From the human T2T-CHM13v2.0 reference genome, Homo sapiens, in the NCBI RefSeq assembly GCF_009914755.1, contig NC_060937.1: a stretch of DNA of 64,000 bases; one strand, given 5' to 3'. Position 1 is the stretch's first letter. Each line of letters begins with the position of its first letter. The notes below the pieces were generated by a model that had not been told where the DNA came from, searched no databases, and was given only the letters and a program-made list of their open reading frames with translations. Of this stretch, positions 49,321 to 63,148 are shown piece after piece. The position numbers and the translations under genes were made by a program.

Positions 49321-49624
49321 TTTCTTTTTTTTTTTTTTTATTTGAGTTGGAATCTCACCCTGTTGCCCAGGCTGGAGTACAACAGCGTGATCTCAGCTCA
49401 CTGCAACCTCTGCTTCCTGGGTTCAAGCTATTCTCCTGCCTCAGCCTCCTGAGTAGCTGGGTTTACAGGCATGCGCCACCACACCCAGCTAATTTTTTGT
49501 ATCTTTAGTAGAAATGGGGTTTCACCATGTTGGCCAGGCTGGTCTCAAACTCCTGACCTCGTGATCCACCTGCCTTGGCCTCCCAATTTGCTGGGATTAC
49601 AGGTGTGAGCCACCGCGCCCAGCC
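49321..49624 (-). mobile_element. AluS (Sg-like) with 12-bp TSD
   Basis: Reverse full-length Alu; AATAACAGATTT at 49309-49320 and 49625-49636. Confidence 0.95.
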
Positions 49625-50229
49625 AATAACAGATTTAAAGTGTCTCATGCCTGGTATGTGTCAGCAACCGTCAGAAACTTAACAGGCAGCAGCCCCCTTC
49701 CTCCTCCCTCCCCTTCCTCTGTCCAGGGAAAGGTTCTCCCTCGAGTTTGGTCTGAAGGCACTCCTCCTGGTCCCACGTTACCCTCAATAGTGCCCCACAG
49801 CTCCATGGTGAAAGCCCAGCTGTGGAGTCACACTCCTTGGGTCAAACCCAAGGCTGACACTTACTATGTGATTTACAATTAGGAAAAGGAGACAGGGCTC
49901 CTATGAAGATTAGATGAGGTTGTGAAGGTGCAGACAGCTGGGCTCCTGGTGCACACTGTGTTCTTATTAAACACTGTGGTCACAGTTGTCCATTCTCTGG
50001 GATCCTCAGTGCCTCCTGCCATTGGCCTCCTCTCTGCACTGCTGCAGCCCCCGCAGCACTGTAGCTGCCCTCACTCCCCACTCTGAGCTGAGCTCCTTGC
50101 AGAGCTGTGTTCTCTGAGCCCCTCCTCCTTTCCGGTCCTGCCCCTCCACTCCACCCGGAGTCATCCTGTGAGGGCTCACAAAGGCCTTTTACTTCTCCCC
50201 ACACAATGAACATGCTAGGAACTTCCACC

Positions 50230-50660
50230 AACTGGACTTCCTATGGCCTTTGAGATAAGTGATAGTTCTTCCTCCTTGAAGTCTCTCCTCCCTTGGTATG
50301 TAACTCCAAGCAAGCTATACTCAATGTACACAAAACCATTTAGCATCTGTCATGGTTTCTCACTGTCTGTAGGATGACGTCTAAACTCTTTAGCATGGCA
50401 TTCACATGGCTTACGATATGATTCCTGGAAAATAAGGTTCTGGTCTTATTTTCTCTGTTCCTTCATAGGCACCCTACTCCCCAGCAATATCAAAAAATCT
50501 TGCAATTTCCCAACCCCAACATCTTCTCCTACAACTCCATGCATTTTTGCTCATAGTACATTCCCTGCCTTCTCTGCCCTCAAGCAGAAAATTCCTACTC
50601 ATCCTTTAAGACTCAATCCACTGCCAACCTTCTCAGAGAAGCAAGGCCTCCTGGAGCCAT
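50230..50660 (+). mobile_element. L2 fragments
   Basis: ttcttcctccttgaa...tctaaactctttagcatggcattca...ctactcatcctttaagactcaa are typical L2 motifs. Confidence 0.55.
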
Positions 50661-53429
50661 GCAGCAAGGGACTGGCAGAACAGGGTTCTACTAGGTTCTC
50701 CGAGCCGCACCTGACCTGCGTGGAGCCACCTCTGCCCACGGCCCTGGAGTGTGTCAGTGTGCACGGGTCCCACAAATCCTGGCACACATAACGGTAAAGA
50801 CAATAGCAAGCGTGGGTGCCGTGCTCACTCTCAGACTGAGGCCAGGATGTTTCCGGATGATTCTCTGTCTTTGAGAGCATTTCCCTGACCCTATTCTAGT
50901 CCCCACACAGACAGTTCCAAGGCCTGAGAAATAAGCTGAGTTCTGAGCTCAGCCGCGATCCCGTTCATGGTAAGTGAAAGTGAAATGTGATCATTCCACA
51001 GAATTAGAGACTGGAAAGAGCTTCTGATTTTGGAAGAACAATTTTGTAAAATGGATTTGTATGCATAACATCCATTGCAGTTGGTGACGGTGGAGTCAGT
51101 GACTAATAAAAATGTCATTTCCTGTGATTTTTATAAATTACAGTAAATATGCCAGTAATCACCCACATTAGCTGCTAAAATGCAGGCAGCCAGCTGGAAT
51201 AGAGGCCAGGGGACCCCACTGAGGCCTCAAGAGGGAGACCCCACAGGTACAAATTGACACCTAGGCAAACAGTAGTTAATACATGCTAGAATTTGGAGAA
51301 GGGTAAAGTGTTAAAATAAATGTATGTCAAGCAGACGAATTTGGACTTCTCCATGAGGATCTGTCACGTCAAACAGGAAATCGCTATAAATTACTTGTAA
51401 TAGTAAAAATCTTGTCATTTATAACCTTTAAGGCGACGGGCTCATTTAACACATCAACTCACAGATCATAATCTAGGCGAGTCGGCCTGGGTATTTATTT
51501 CACTTTTAATGTGTAGAAGCTGGGGCAAGCCATGCATGAGCTGCGAAAGCCCTCACAGTGCCCTGTCGGCTCCTCAAGCCGTGGGACAGGCCAGAGAGAT
51601 AACTGCCTGAGGCTTGGGGGATGAACACATCAAGATAGGAAAGCCCTTCCTGCTCCTGTAAAAATTAAGACATGCCTGAAAATGTCATGCCTTGGTTAGT
51701 CTCGTAATGAATAAATCCAAATAAATCCCACCATTATTCTGTTTATTTGTTTTACTTATAAGCTATTTGAAGTCATTGGAGCTGAAAGTGTGTTTCAACA
51801 CGCCGAGCACATTTAGAGTATCTTGTAATCATCTTGCTAACCAGTGCACAGGCGAATGATGAGTGGAATTTTGTGTTTATTTCAGATACCTCAGTATACA
51901 CTGCCCACAGTTAAGAAACCACGACCTGAGACATTGTTTTGAAGAGGTGAAAATGCCTCCACTCAAGTGGCCCAGGAGCGTGATCCAGGAAGACGAACAC
52001 ACAGAACCATCTTCTGCATGGTTTGAAAATTCAGTGGAAACTAGGTATTTATGAACGAGATGCTTACTGCAGTTTGCATGCACTGAGTAGACATTTGTGG
52101 ATTAATTCATCTAGGGTTGGGGGAGAGGTTCCAAGAGGAGGGTAAGAACAAAGAACAGACACAGGCCCAGCTGACCATTCCCTTCAGTGAGAAAAAGACC
52201 CGCAGGCAGAGTTGAGCACGCGGCTCACATTCGCACATGCTTGGCATCATGAACCGTAAGGAAGAGCAAAGCTGGTTTCCAGAAAGACGTTAACTCACAG
52301 TCGTACTTCTCTCCACTTCCCTTGCTCCTCTCCCTGGCCTCTCTACATCTCCCTGCTCTCTCCTGCACCAGGGCTTGGTCAGTGCTTAACTCTGGCAGGT
52401 GCCACGAGTGCTGCCTGCTGCAGCTTGCTAGGATTCAGATGCCACTCATGAGGCATGGGCAAGTGTGAGCACACAGAAACACACACGCACACCTGCACAG
52501 GCACGTGCAGCCTCTGTGGGGCATGTTTAGAACTCCTGGGTCTGCTGGCAGGTACCTTTCCCCCTCGTGCTTTCCACGTGCAGCCAAGGCCTACTTCTAT
52601 TGCAGTAAAAATTAGTCTCCGTGTCTGCCTGTCTGAACACAAGCTAACTTACAAGGAAACATGAAATTTAATTTTAAATTGAAGTTAAAAATTTTCCATT
52701 AGACTTAATTTAAAATTTTTAGCTTCATTTTAAAATTTAATTAAATTAGATTTAACTGGTTCCTTGAAAATTGCTGATCTCTCTCTGAACGTAATCCTAT
52801 TTTCAAAATTATGGTTGGTTTTCTTAGATTGATAGGGTCCTCAGTGTGGGGAGGGAGAGGTATTTGAAGGTGAATATGAGAGCATCTACAGGTAAAGAGT
52901 TTAGGCACAGTTTAGATCATGTAGAGAAAAATCTGTCATTTAGGGGGAGAAGCTGATTCTTGGAACCAAATTATTCAAATTAACCATATCCAATCTGCAG
53001 TGCCAAAACCAAAACCAAACCAACCAGCCTAAATTGTTCACTTTACTTTGGCAGGCACCAAATATGCATATGTGTATCAAATAAAGTGAACAATTGGAGT
53101 TCTTTCTCTAATTTAGATAATTTCTGGAAAAAAACCAGCAATCCACATCTTTTGCCTCAATTGCTAGATTATTACTGATGAGAGAATATTTATGTTTTTA
53201 ACTTTTCTTTCTCCTTTGGGTGAGGTGGCTGGAATGGATAAATGTTTCAATTCTGCATTTCTAAACTCTGCATATCTATAGAGTCGTGTTGCATGTGTTA
53301 CTCACATATGATTATTGACACATTTATTAATTTACAACAAAGTTAATTTCTATGGAACAATGGATAATTTTGAAAATATTCTGGATAAAATGTTACAAAC
53401 TCATTATTCAACGAACTCAACAATGCATA

Positions 53430-53607
53430 TTGTATTTCTTTGGTTCTAAGACACTCATTTTAAATATTTTTATCATCTCTGGAATCTAAATGCACCATTA
53501 CCATCAGCGGCAACTTAGAATTACAATTGGCAGAGTTTTTTCTTTCATAGCAGCATGTAAAATAAAGATGCATCTTATAAATGGCATCTTAGGCTTGTTG
53601 AAATAGA
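53430..53607. mobile_element. Possible short Tigger-like (TcMar) MITE
   Basis: Degenerate terminal inverted repeats gtatttctttggttctaagacac / gcatcttaggcttgttgaaata. Confidence 0.4.
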
Positions 53608-54253
53608 AAAAGTGTGTGTGTGTAGAAGTAGCCTACAGATAATTTCTTGTCCAGATGGTCTCAGGGGTAAAAAAAATTGTTTGTGTCAAATATCAGCTAT
53701 TCTTCCCTAATATTTCTTTATGTAGGGATTATAAATTATAACCCCAAACTTTTGCATAACTATTTTTATTCTAAAAACCTCTTGTCCTTATAATGAGTGG
53801 TTCATGCTAGTTTGCAGTGTGTATTCGACAGAGAATTTCTGTTGCTTTGTCCCCCGCTCCCATCAACTAAAAAAAATCTACAAATGAAAACTCTAGGAGA
53901 CCAGTTTCCCATTCGGTACCAAAGCTAAAAATGAGTTCCCTCAACTCCTCAAAAAAAAAAAAAAAAAAAAATCAAAGTTAGTACCATTGAATGGGGTTTA
54001 GCTAATCTTATAAATTTTTAAATAAGCATGCCCACTTGCAACCAAATCCTGTGCTACATTTGTGCTTGTTCTCTGGGAAGTTTAGAAGGCAATTTCTGTA
54101 ATGCAGAAAAGTCTGTACCACTGACCTCCCAGCCACGCCACAAGATATTTCTGGTCTGAATTCTTTCTATGTCTTTTCTCAGAGCCAGAAGTCTTGGAGA
54201 GCATTGAGAGGCAATTGTAAATATTAAGTCAGTTGGAGGTGATGTGGGAATAG

Positions 54254-54584
<331 letters not shown>

Positions 54585-57199
54585 TAGATTTCTTTAAATT
54601 TTAAATGGTCGGGGTTCCAGAAAGGAAAATCATCCATATTAGTGCTACACTAGAACACCTATTCTTACCACAAGCATGCTGGCTGTGGAGCTTACAGAGA
54701 CATGTGCACACATACATGCAGTGAATATCTAAATTTTGTTTCCTGACAGCTATGCCATTTAAGAGTTGAGGTTGATATTTCTTCACTTTCAGCCCTCTGC
54801 TCTCTACCTCATCTCATTCTTTCTGGGACCATCCTATATGCACGATTTAAAGGGAATTACCTATTACTTCAATTATTTGTTTCTTATCAACTGATGTTAA
54901 ACTACAAGGATTTGCATTGAAAAGACACAAAGAAAGAGCAAGCCATGGCACGTCGCCAGATGAAAGAGTAATGTTCTGGTGAATTTAACCTAAATAATTT
55001 ACTGCTATATAAAAGTGGAAAAGTGGAAGGTGAACCCTTTGACCAATAAATCTCTCCTGCCCATGAAACCCTTATCTGGTCTCCTCCAATGTATTCCACA
55101 CGCGGAAGCCATCATCACGGGCTCGGGCTTGTGATTTGTAAACCTTGATCTTCTGCACTCCGTGTCCTAAATATGGATAATTAGCATCAGTTTATCACGC
55201 CTCTGCATATTTTCTCTTCTCTCCAAACATGCATGCTTCTGTTGGCTGCCATTCTGCTACAGAAGATTATGGAGACAGATTGCAGAGAATGAATGTGCTA
55301 AACGAGATTAGGAAGGAATAGAAATAGCAACTTGGCCAATAAATTCCTCGTGAGAGCCTTATCATGCAATTACACGTTGACTTGCTTCACACTCTCCCAG
55401 CCTCTTAATCCAACACCCCCACCAGGAATGAAATTTCACTAATTTCTGAATTACTGCATATCCTCCTGACTTGTTACTGAGAGTGGTTGGAAGGAGAAAC
55501 ATTGCTGAAAACAACATGTAAAACTTTATCATAAAAAGCAAACTTTAACTGTCAAAATGGGCGGTATGAATTTGGAGTGTTTAAAGCATTTCAGCGTCGA
55601 CGAATGGATGCACAAAGTCTTGGCATAGAGAGAGATTCAACTTTTCTTTGAGATTCACCAATTCTGCCATTGTGCCACCTTTGGGGATTCAGAACTGGCT
55701 GGGGGTGGGGGTGTTCCTTGCTCTTAAACGGGACTATCTGATGTGTTTAAACACAGGACAAAGCACCCACTGATTTTTCTGACTTCTCATTATTACTGAT
55801 AACAGTCGCGATGCCTCTGGGTAATTCTGCGCAAATCACTTGACCTCTTTAAGTGTCACCTCCTCCTAGCTTAGGTGCACCCCTTCACCACCACAGCCCC
55901 TCCCGGCGCCAGCGTGCTGCAGCTTCTCATGCACATTAATGTACATAAATAGGAAAAGTCCTGCCTGTTCCGGATCTCCAAGAATGCTGTAATAGGGCAT
56001 CTACAGGGGGAGCTCTCTTCTTGCTCTTCTCTGCCTGTTAATGTGATTCTCCCAGGGCTTTATAATAAGTTAGGTATTTAAAGAGGCCCATTAAACCTTT
56101 CGATCCACCAGGGGACTATTTATAGCACAGAGCAGCAGTCAGACATTGTGGTGCCCCTACAAAAGCAAGGTTCTACAGCAGGAGAAAGAAAACCTGGCAG
56201 GCCTGAACGTGTGTTTACTAGAAGGAATGGAAATCTAGCTCACATATTAAAACTTGTGCTTAATATTTGTGCTTGCAGAAAAGGAAAGGAGTCCAATTCA
56301 TGGTGGCAAGAATTAATTAGCAAAAGAAATGCACAGCGATTGTAAAAAGAGTTTTACACGTAGATCATAATGTTGTCTTCACTTTCTTTCCCACAAGTAA
56401 TGCCTATGCGGGTTCACTGATGAGAGGGCCCTATGAGCCATCCAGAGAAAAGCTGCCATATTTCCCTTCCAGAAGACCTGCTTGCAGGCCTTGAATTTTG
56501 AGAGGTAAAACTGGACAGCATTCACTTGATGAATAGGTATTGAGCATCTCCTCTGCACACACTGCCATGCACTGTTGCAGGACCATGGGGTGAAACAGCA
56601 GGAGGAAGGAGCCCTGCCCTGGAGGAGCTGGCCACGGGGAGAAAGCCGCCCCGATGTTGTTGCCCACCTGCTTGCCTTCTGCAAGCTGGTTGCTTTTCTA
56701 CTGGCTGCCAAGAATCTCCTTTTTTGGAAAGAAAGCCAGCCTGGAACCCTCATTTACCTTGATTGGGAGGGAGGGACCCAAGGCCTGGGAGGCAGCCCTG
56801 GGAGGCACTGGTCTGAAGGGCTAGACCCTTGGTAAGAACCTCTGGAAGAACGCCTGTCTTCCGGAACCAGACAGGGAGGCGTGCAACGGGGTGGGGTGGG
56901 GGGTACTCCCAGCTGCAGGCACCTCTACTCCTAACTATCTGCAAGAGGACACACACACACACACACCCTGGGTGTCAGAGAAGTCCTCCCTTCCCTGTAC
57001 CTCCTCCTTCCCAAGCCCCTGAAATCCAGAAGTGCCTGTTTCCAGGCGCCAGCCCTGCTGAGTGGATGTGGGGATGGAGGTCACTGGAGGCCCAGGGCTG
57101 GTTTGTTGTTTTTGTTTCCTGTTAGGAGTACTGTGAAGGCTTTGCAGGGCTAGTTTTGGGAAATCTTAGGTTTGGCTTCATCTGACTCCTCTACTGGAG

Positions 57200-59720
57200 C
57201 GAGGCGTGCAGCCAAGCCTGCTTAGACCTCCCCAGGCCACGGGCCCGCGGCAGCCCAGCTCAGCACCTGCAGGCGGGGGGACCGCGCGCTTGGCTCGAAG
57301 ACCCCGCCCTGGGCAGGGGACAGAAAATATGAAATCAGATGGGGAGTTATGAATAACTGTCCTCCCCTCCCCTCTGCCGTGTTTCCTGAATCCGTACGCT
57401 ATGCAGGAGGGGGGCGGGGGCGGGGGCGCGGGGAGGAGGAGGGGGCCGTTTGCCATTAATCTGGGAACAAGCGGCTAACCTCGGTGACTGGTATTTTCGC
57501 TTTTCTTTTCTCACTTTTCTCAGTGTGGGGAAAGCAGTCAAGCCCGCGCGGAGCGATTGTGAGGGGCTCTGCTGGAATTTGGCAGCGCGGAGGCTTGGAG
57601 AGAAGCCCCATGCTGGCTCCCATTCAGCCGGCCCGTTTTCCTCGAGCTTTGGAAGTTTCACTCAGCCGTGCACTCAATGGCTTCACAAAGCTGATTACAA
57701 GCTTCAGCGCATTCCTGAAGGAGCCAAAAGCGACGCAGGTGCAAACGAGCCGAGGGAGCCCCTTATCCCGGTGACAGAATGGGACAAGCTGGGAAAGGCT
57801 TAGACCACACAAGTCCAAGGCTCACCAGGCCGCAGAAAGCCTGCCTTGGGAACCGGGGGTCATTATCCGCCCTATTCAGCGGGGCCCGGGGACCCTGGGG
57901 GCCGAGCGAGGCCAGCCCGGGCGGGAGCACCGCCGCCAGCGCGCGCCGGCGACAGGGGGGAACCCCGCTGGGCGCTGCGGCCAGGCCGGGGCTCAGGGCG
58001 CTGGGCTGTGCGTTTGCACAAATCTGTGTTCCGGCGGGCCGGTGTCAACCCTAGTGGGGACACGGGAGAAAGAGCACGCCAGTAGGCCACGCGGCGCGTG
58101 GGCAGTGCGCAACTTCTGTCGGCGTCCAGGCTGTACGGCCACGTTTCAGCCGGTGCCCCCAGGCCATGGACACCCAGCTCCAGGGTCGCTCTGCGCCCTT
58201 TCTCCCCAGCCCACCTTTCCCATTGGTCCCCTCTCCTGTCCGAGTGGCAGCGCGGCCCCGCAGGGAGCGACCCCGGGAGGGACAGTGACCGCACGCGTGG
58301 AGTGGGGACGGCGGGGCACAGGACGGTAGTCTAAGAGTGTTCGCATGGCCGAGGACGCTTTCGCTGCGAGTTTGGGGTCGAGGGGCGGTTCCCTCCCGGA
58401 GTCATTAACTTCGTCTCCTCGTGCTCAGGGACCAGCAACTTGGTGCTGCGGGCGCCAGAAAGAAAAGGGTAGCGCCTCGCGGAGCGCGCGGGGGAAGAGG
58501 GACTGCGGCAGCGGGACGCGAGGGCGGGAGGGGCGCAGCAGCGGGGAGCCGGAGCGCAGCGGAGGGGAGCGCTGGGGGGCGGGGAGCGCTCGGGCAGCCA
58601 CCCTGTCCCCGTCTGGAGCCCCGCGCTGCGTCTAGGAGGGCGCAACACGCAGTCCCCGCGGGGGCCAGAGCTCGGAGCCCCCTAGTGCATGCCCCCTCTC
58701 CTCGCGCCCTGCCGAGGCCTCGGCCCTGCCTGCCGTGCCCTGGGCCTGGTTGTGCCCGGGGGTCCCCGCGGGCAGGGCGCGGGGCAGGCAGGGCGCGCGC
58801 GCCGACGCTCTTTTGTCTGATAACTAATTTGAGTTAATGCGATCTTTATGTAAAGCTAACAGCGGATAATTGTCTATTTTCTCGCCAACAGTCTCCATCA
58901 CAATCACTTATCTGGAAACCTGCGGTTGGATTAATCGTTATATTCCCGAGATGAGCGTCGCTGCAATCCGCAGCGAACGCGGGTAGGGACCTGGAGACGC
59001 CTCCCGGGCGCTGGCGGGGCCGGTGTGGGCCAGCTCCGCTACCGCCTGAGACGCGGTGTGCCCAGGTGTTGGTGCCCGCGGGAGAGGGCTGTGGGGCGCC
59101 TTCCCCAGGACTTGCTTGACTTGCTTTTCGCTCGAGTGGGTGGTGCGCGGGTGCGGGAGGCGGAGGGAGGAGGAGGGGTGAGGGGAGGAGGGCCTGTGGG
59201 GCTGCGGACCCGGAGCAGCCTGGGTGGAGCGCGGCCTCGGGAGGCCCTGGGTGCATCGCGGCGGGGCCTGGGGGGGCCCAGGCGCCGGAGGAGCCGTCGG
59301 TGCCGGAATGCAGCGTGTTTCACTTGGGAGAAACGTTGCCCTCGGTCCCTTGCCTCCCTCCTGTTGTCTCGGTTTTTCTGGCTTCGTCCTTCGTCCCACC
59401 CACCCGTTCCCACCTCAGGTCCCTCCCCCAGGATCCCCTCCTTAAGGATCCAGGTCTCTGAAAATTATTGGCAACAGTTACACGCCCCACGATTGAAATC
59501 CACAAGAGAAGAGTCCCAGTTCTGCAGGCCGCTCCAGGGCTAGGGGTAGAGATGGTGGCAGGTGGTGCGTCAACTCTCTAGGGAAGAGGAACTTGCATTA
59601 CAAAGACTTGTCTTTCTGAGCTGAAGTCAAAACGGGGGCGTCAAGCGCGCTCCGTTTGGCGGCGGTGGAGGGGCCGCGCGCCCGCGCTGTCCCAGCCGGA
59701 GCTGCCCTGGCTGGTGATTG
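57200..59720. promoter_or_regulatory. Distal CpG island ~36 kb downstream of the SOX1 ATG
   Basis: Dense CpG, tandem GC boxes at 57409-57433, no credible coding ORF; CpG-rich shoulders extend to ~61.4 kb. Confidence 0.87.
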
Positions 59721-62249
59721 GAGGTTTAACGTCCGGAATTCAGGCGCTTCTGCAGCTCAGATTTGCCGGCCAAGGGGCCTCAGTTGCAACTTTTCAAAAT
59801 GGTGTTTCTGGAAAATAACAAATTCAGACTCAACTGGTGACAGCTTTTGGCTATAGAGAATGAAACTGCTTCCCTTTGGCGGTGGAACTCTTAAACTTCG
59901 AAGAGTGAAAGAATACAATGAAATAAAATGCCATAAGATCACTGGATTTTTCAGAAAAAGGAAGACCCCAAATTACTCCCAAAATGAGGCTTTGTAAATT
60001 CTTGTTAAAAATCTTTAAATCTCGAATTTCCCCCTACAACATCTGATGAGTGCTTTAAGAGCAAACGAGCAAATCCCACCTCGAGAATCAACAAACCCAA
60101 GCTCTGGCCAAGGCTCTCCCCGCGTTTTCTTCTCGTGACCTGGGGAATGTCCCGCCCCATCGCTCACCTGGCTCTTGTCATCTCGCTCATCTTGAAGTGA
60201 CCCGTGGACAATGCTGCTCCCTGCCGCAGCTCCGCCGGTCACTCAGGCAGAACGGGGTATGCAAATGGCCTGGAGAGGCCGAGGCCGAACACTGCGCCCA
60301 TTGTCCCGGGCGCTCAAAGCGCCGAGCAGCTGCGCAGACTTTCTGGGCTCGGACCCTCGGCCGCCACGCTAATGTCATCATTGCAAAACATCAGATTTTG
60401 AGAACTATGCAGTCTGAATTCATTAGCAGCCTTCTCGGCGAAGGTTCTTTTCCCCGTGACAAGTTTCAAAGTCCAGACCCCCTCCAACGTTGGTAGGGGT
60501 AGGAAGAGGAGGAGGGGCCCAGGGAGGGGGGTCTTTCGCAAGTGGGGCCTCGGGGGATCCCTGCTCTCCTTCTGGTGCATTCCGCAACTTTAAAAGCCTT
60601 CCTTGGGGTTCTGAGCGCGGATGTCTGACTTGAATGACCTGAGATTTGGACATATTCCCGTTTTCTCCCAAGAGTTGCTTTAATGTTGCGAGTTTAAATT
60701 CACTGAAAGAGGCCCAGATACCAAGTCGAGTGAATTTCATAGACATCATCTTCTGTTTTAATGATCGCGGCAGTGATCGTTTCTGAAGTCATACCCTTTA
60801 GGGTGAACTCACAACAATGCATGTCAGAGAGGCTGCGCGCCCTAAAGCAAAACAGTTAAAACATCAGGCCACGCTCCTCAAACTGCAGGATTGCAAGCAG
60901 CTCACAAACTTCCAGTCCCCACCCCAAGGTGAGGAGAGTCTCAGTGACTTGAGGACCTGCTTGCACTCCCGCTTTCCACGCCCGGTCCCCTACCCGCACC
61001 TGCCCAAGTGGTCTCGTTCCTCTAGAATCTGAATGGTGGGGAGGGGTGCTCCTGATGCCCCGGGTGCAGGGCGGGCACCAGCGAGCGAGACCCAAGGGCG
61101 CTAGAACCCAGGAGCGCAAACCACCGTTAGGGCCTGAGGGACGCAGAGGCGGGTGGAGTAGTGTTTCTCAGATTCGTGGGAGGCCGCAGGCGCCAGCAGA
61201 GGCAATTTTCCTCCCCTGAGCAATGCTAGTTCTCCTCAGGCCCAGGATCTCCACTAACGTGTCCTTCCACCTCCTCACAGGACTCCAAGCTGCTGTCCCC
61301 TCTCTGCCGCATCTGAGGCTGGGAAAACTTCCTAGGAGAAGGCAAGAGAAAGCCACCAGACCAGAGCCGAGGACTAAACTTTAAGGTCGAAGACGGCAGA
61401 GGGGCAGGTTCTCCCCTGCACACCCCAAGGCCTCTCCTGCACCCGCGAGGCCTTCCTTGAGCGCCCAGGCCCCCGAAATGCCTGCCCTCCTTCTGACAAA
61501 AGGAGGGGGTAGGATGTGAATGGGGTAGTGCAACCAACAATGTTTTTGTAAACACAACAACAGGGAAATACATGGAGGAAATCTATTTATTGGGTGTGTC
61601 ATTTTTGGTGGGGGGCGGGATTGAAAGTGGCGCCATCTAGACCCAGGAAAAAGCTACGGGGTGGGCGGGGTAAGCGGGGGACTCTTGGTAAATGTGGATA
61701 ATTTTGAACTGGGACACCATTTTGTTTCCTTCCTAGAGCATTGTATGATGTGGCCTGAAGGCTCTGGAAAGTCACAGATCACACCCAGCAGGAGGTTCTT
61801 CATGTGTGCCAGCCCCTGGCTGGGCCTGGGCAGCCTTGCCCCCATCCTCTGGCCCCAGCTCCTGCCACCCCACCTGCAGACAAGGCTGCCAAAGGCTAGG
61901 GACAGGGCTCCAAGCTAGAGGCCGGCTTTTTGGAGATGTGGCTGTGGGAGGGGAATCCCAGGAAGTTGCATAGAGAGGGAGTTTTTGCCAGCCTGGGTCA
62001 CTGATGGCCAGTCCGGGTCACTGATGTCTCCCCAGGGGCAAGGGGACAGTGCCTGGCTAATTGTGGGTTTCAAAATCTGTCTGTTGAGGGGATGCAGAGG
62101 TCATCATTGGGGGGTGAAGCTGATGGTCCACAGAAGCTCTGGGCACAGGTTGGACCTCTTTCCTGCACAAAGAACCCTCCAGGGTGCCCAGTGGTTCTGG
62201 CCAGCGCCGGAGCCAGTGACGGTTGGCTTGTTCTGGCCTTCCTCCCCTT

Positions 62250-62453
62250 CTCACACATGCATTCTCTTGCACACGTGTCACACACATTCCTACACACTCA
62301 CACAAATTCTCACACAAATTCCCAGAATCAATCTCCCACATACACATCCAAGTCACACACTCATTCTTACATGCGATTCACAGATTCACATGATTCACAG
62401 ATGCAACAGACTCACAGGCATTCACTCTTACATATGACACAGTTGCACACTTG

Positions 62454-62482
<29 letters not shown>
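62250..62482. repeat. CA-rich low-complexity region ending in (CA)n
   Basis: Degenerate cacac repeats with pure (CA)n at ~62454-62480. Confidence 0.85.
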
Positions 62483-62484
<2 letters not shown>

Positions 62485-62939
62485 TGCAATCCCCTTGCAT
62501 CTCCACAGTGTCGAAGGCTGGCTGAACACCAAGGTGGCTCTTGGTGGCAGGACTTCTCATGGGAGGGAAAGTCACATAGCTGGAAGGTTACTAGCTTAGG
62601 GACATAATTTCCTTATTGACTATAATCTCCTTATAGAAATTCAACAACTATAGCAGAAAATGGAGAATGAGGACATTTTATTTCTCAAAGTCAACAGTTC
62701 CTTTTCTCCTGCACCTTCGGAGCAGGCTCCTGCCTGAGGCTGCTGAGGTGCTCTGGGTTCTCGCTGTTTGTTTTCAGCATCCAGGTTCAGGCTTTTCTCA
62801 GTGCATTTTCCTCGGCTGCCCTTGGACTTGTGTTGTCCGGGGTGGTGGCCACTGGCCCCCAGTGGCTACTGAGCAGGGAGAGCAGGGCCCCTCTGTGGTG
62901 AGGCGTGCTGCTCGGTGTAAAACACACACGAGATTTTCC

Positions 62940-63148
62940 AGATGCAGTACTCAAAAGCATGTGAAACTCCTCAGTCATCACTTAAAATATTGATCACAGG
63001 TTGAAATGATTATATTTTAGATACCTTAGGTTAAGTAAAATATATTATTGAAATTTCACCTTCTTTTTGCTTTCTAAAAATGTAGCTCTTAGGAACTTTG
63101 CAATTACCTACATGGCTATTTGTGTGTTATCTTCCTGCTGGGCAGTGT
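62940..63148. mobile_element. MER33-like hAT fragment
   Basis: attgatcacaggttgaaatgattatattttagata...ttaagtaaaatatattatt...aatgtagct. Confidence 0.6.

Noticed and set aside
61995-62026. 12-bp direct repeat GGGTCACTGATG with period 20 (similarly the TCCTATTAC doublet near 18982)
   Set aside because: Short local duplications of this size are common and nothing suggests function.
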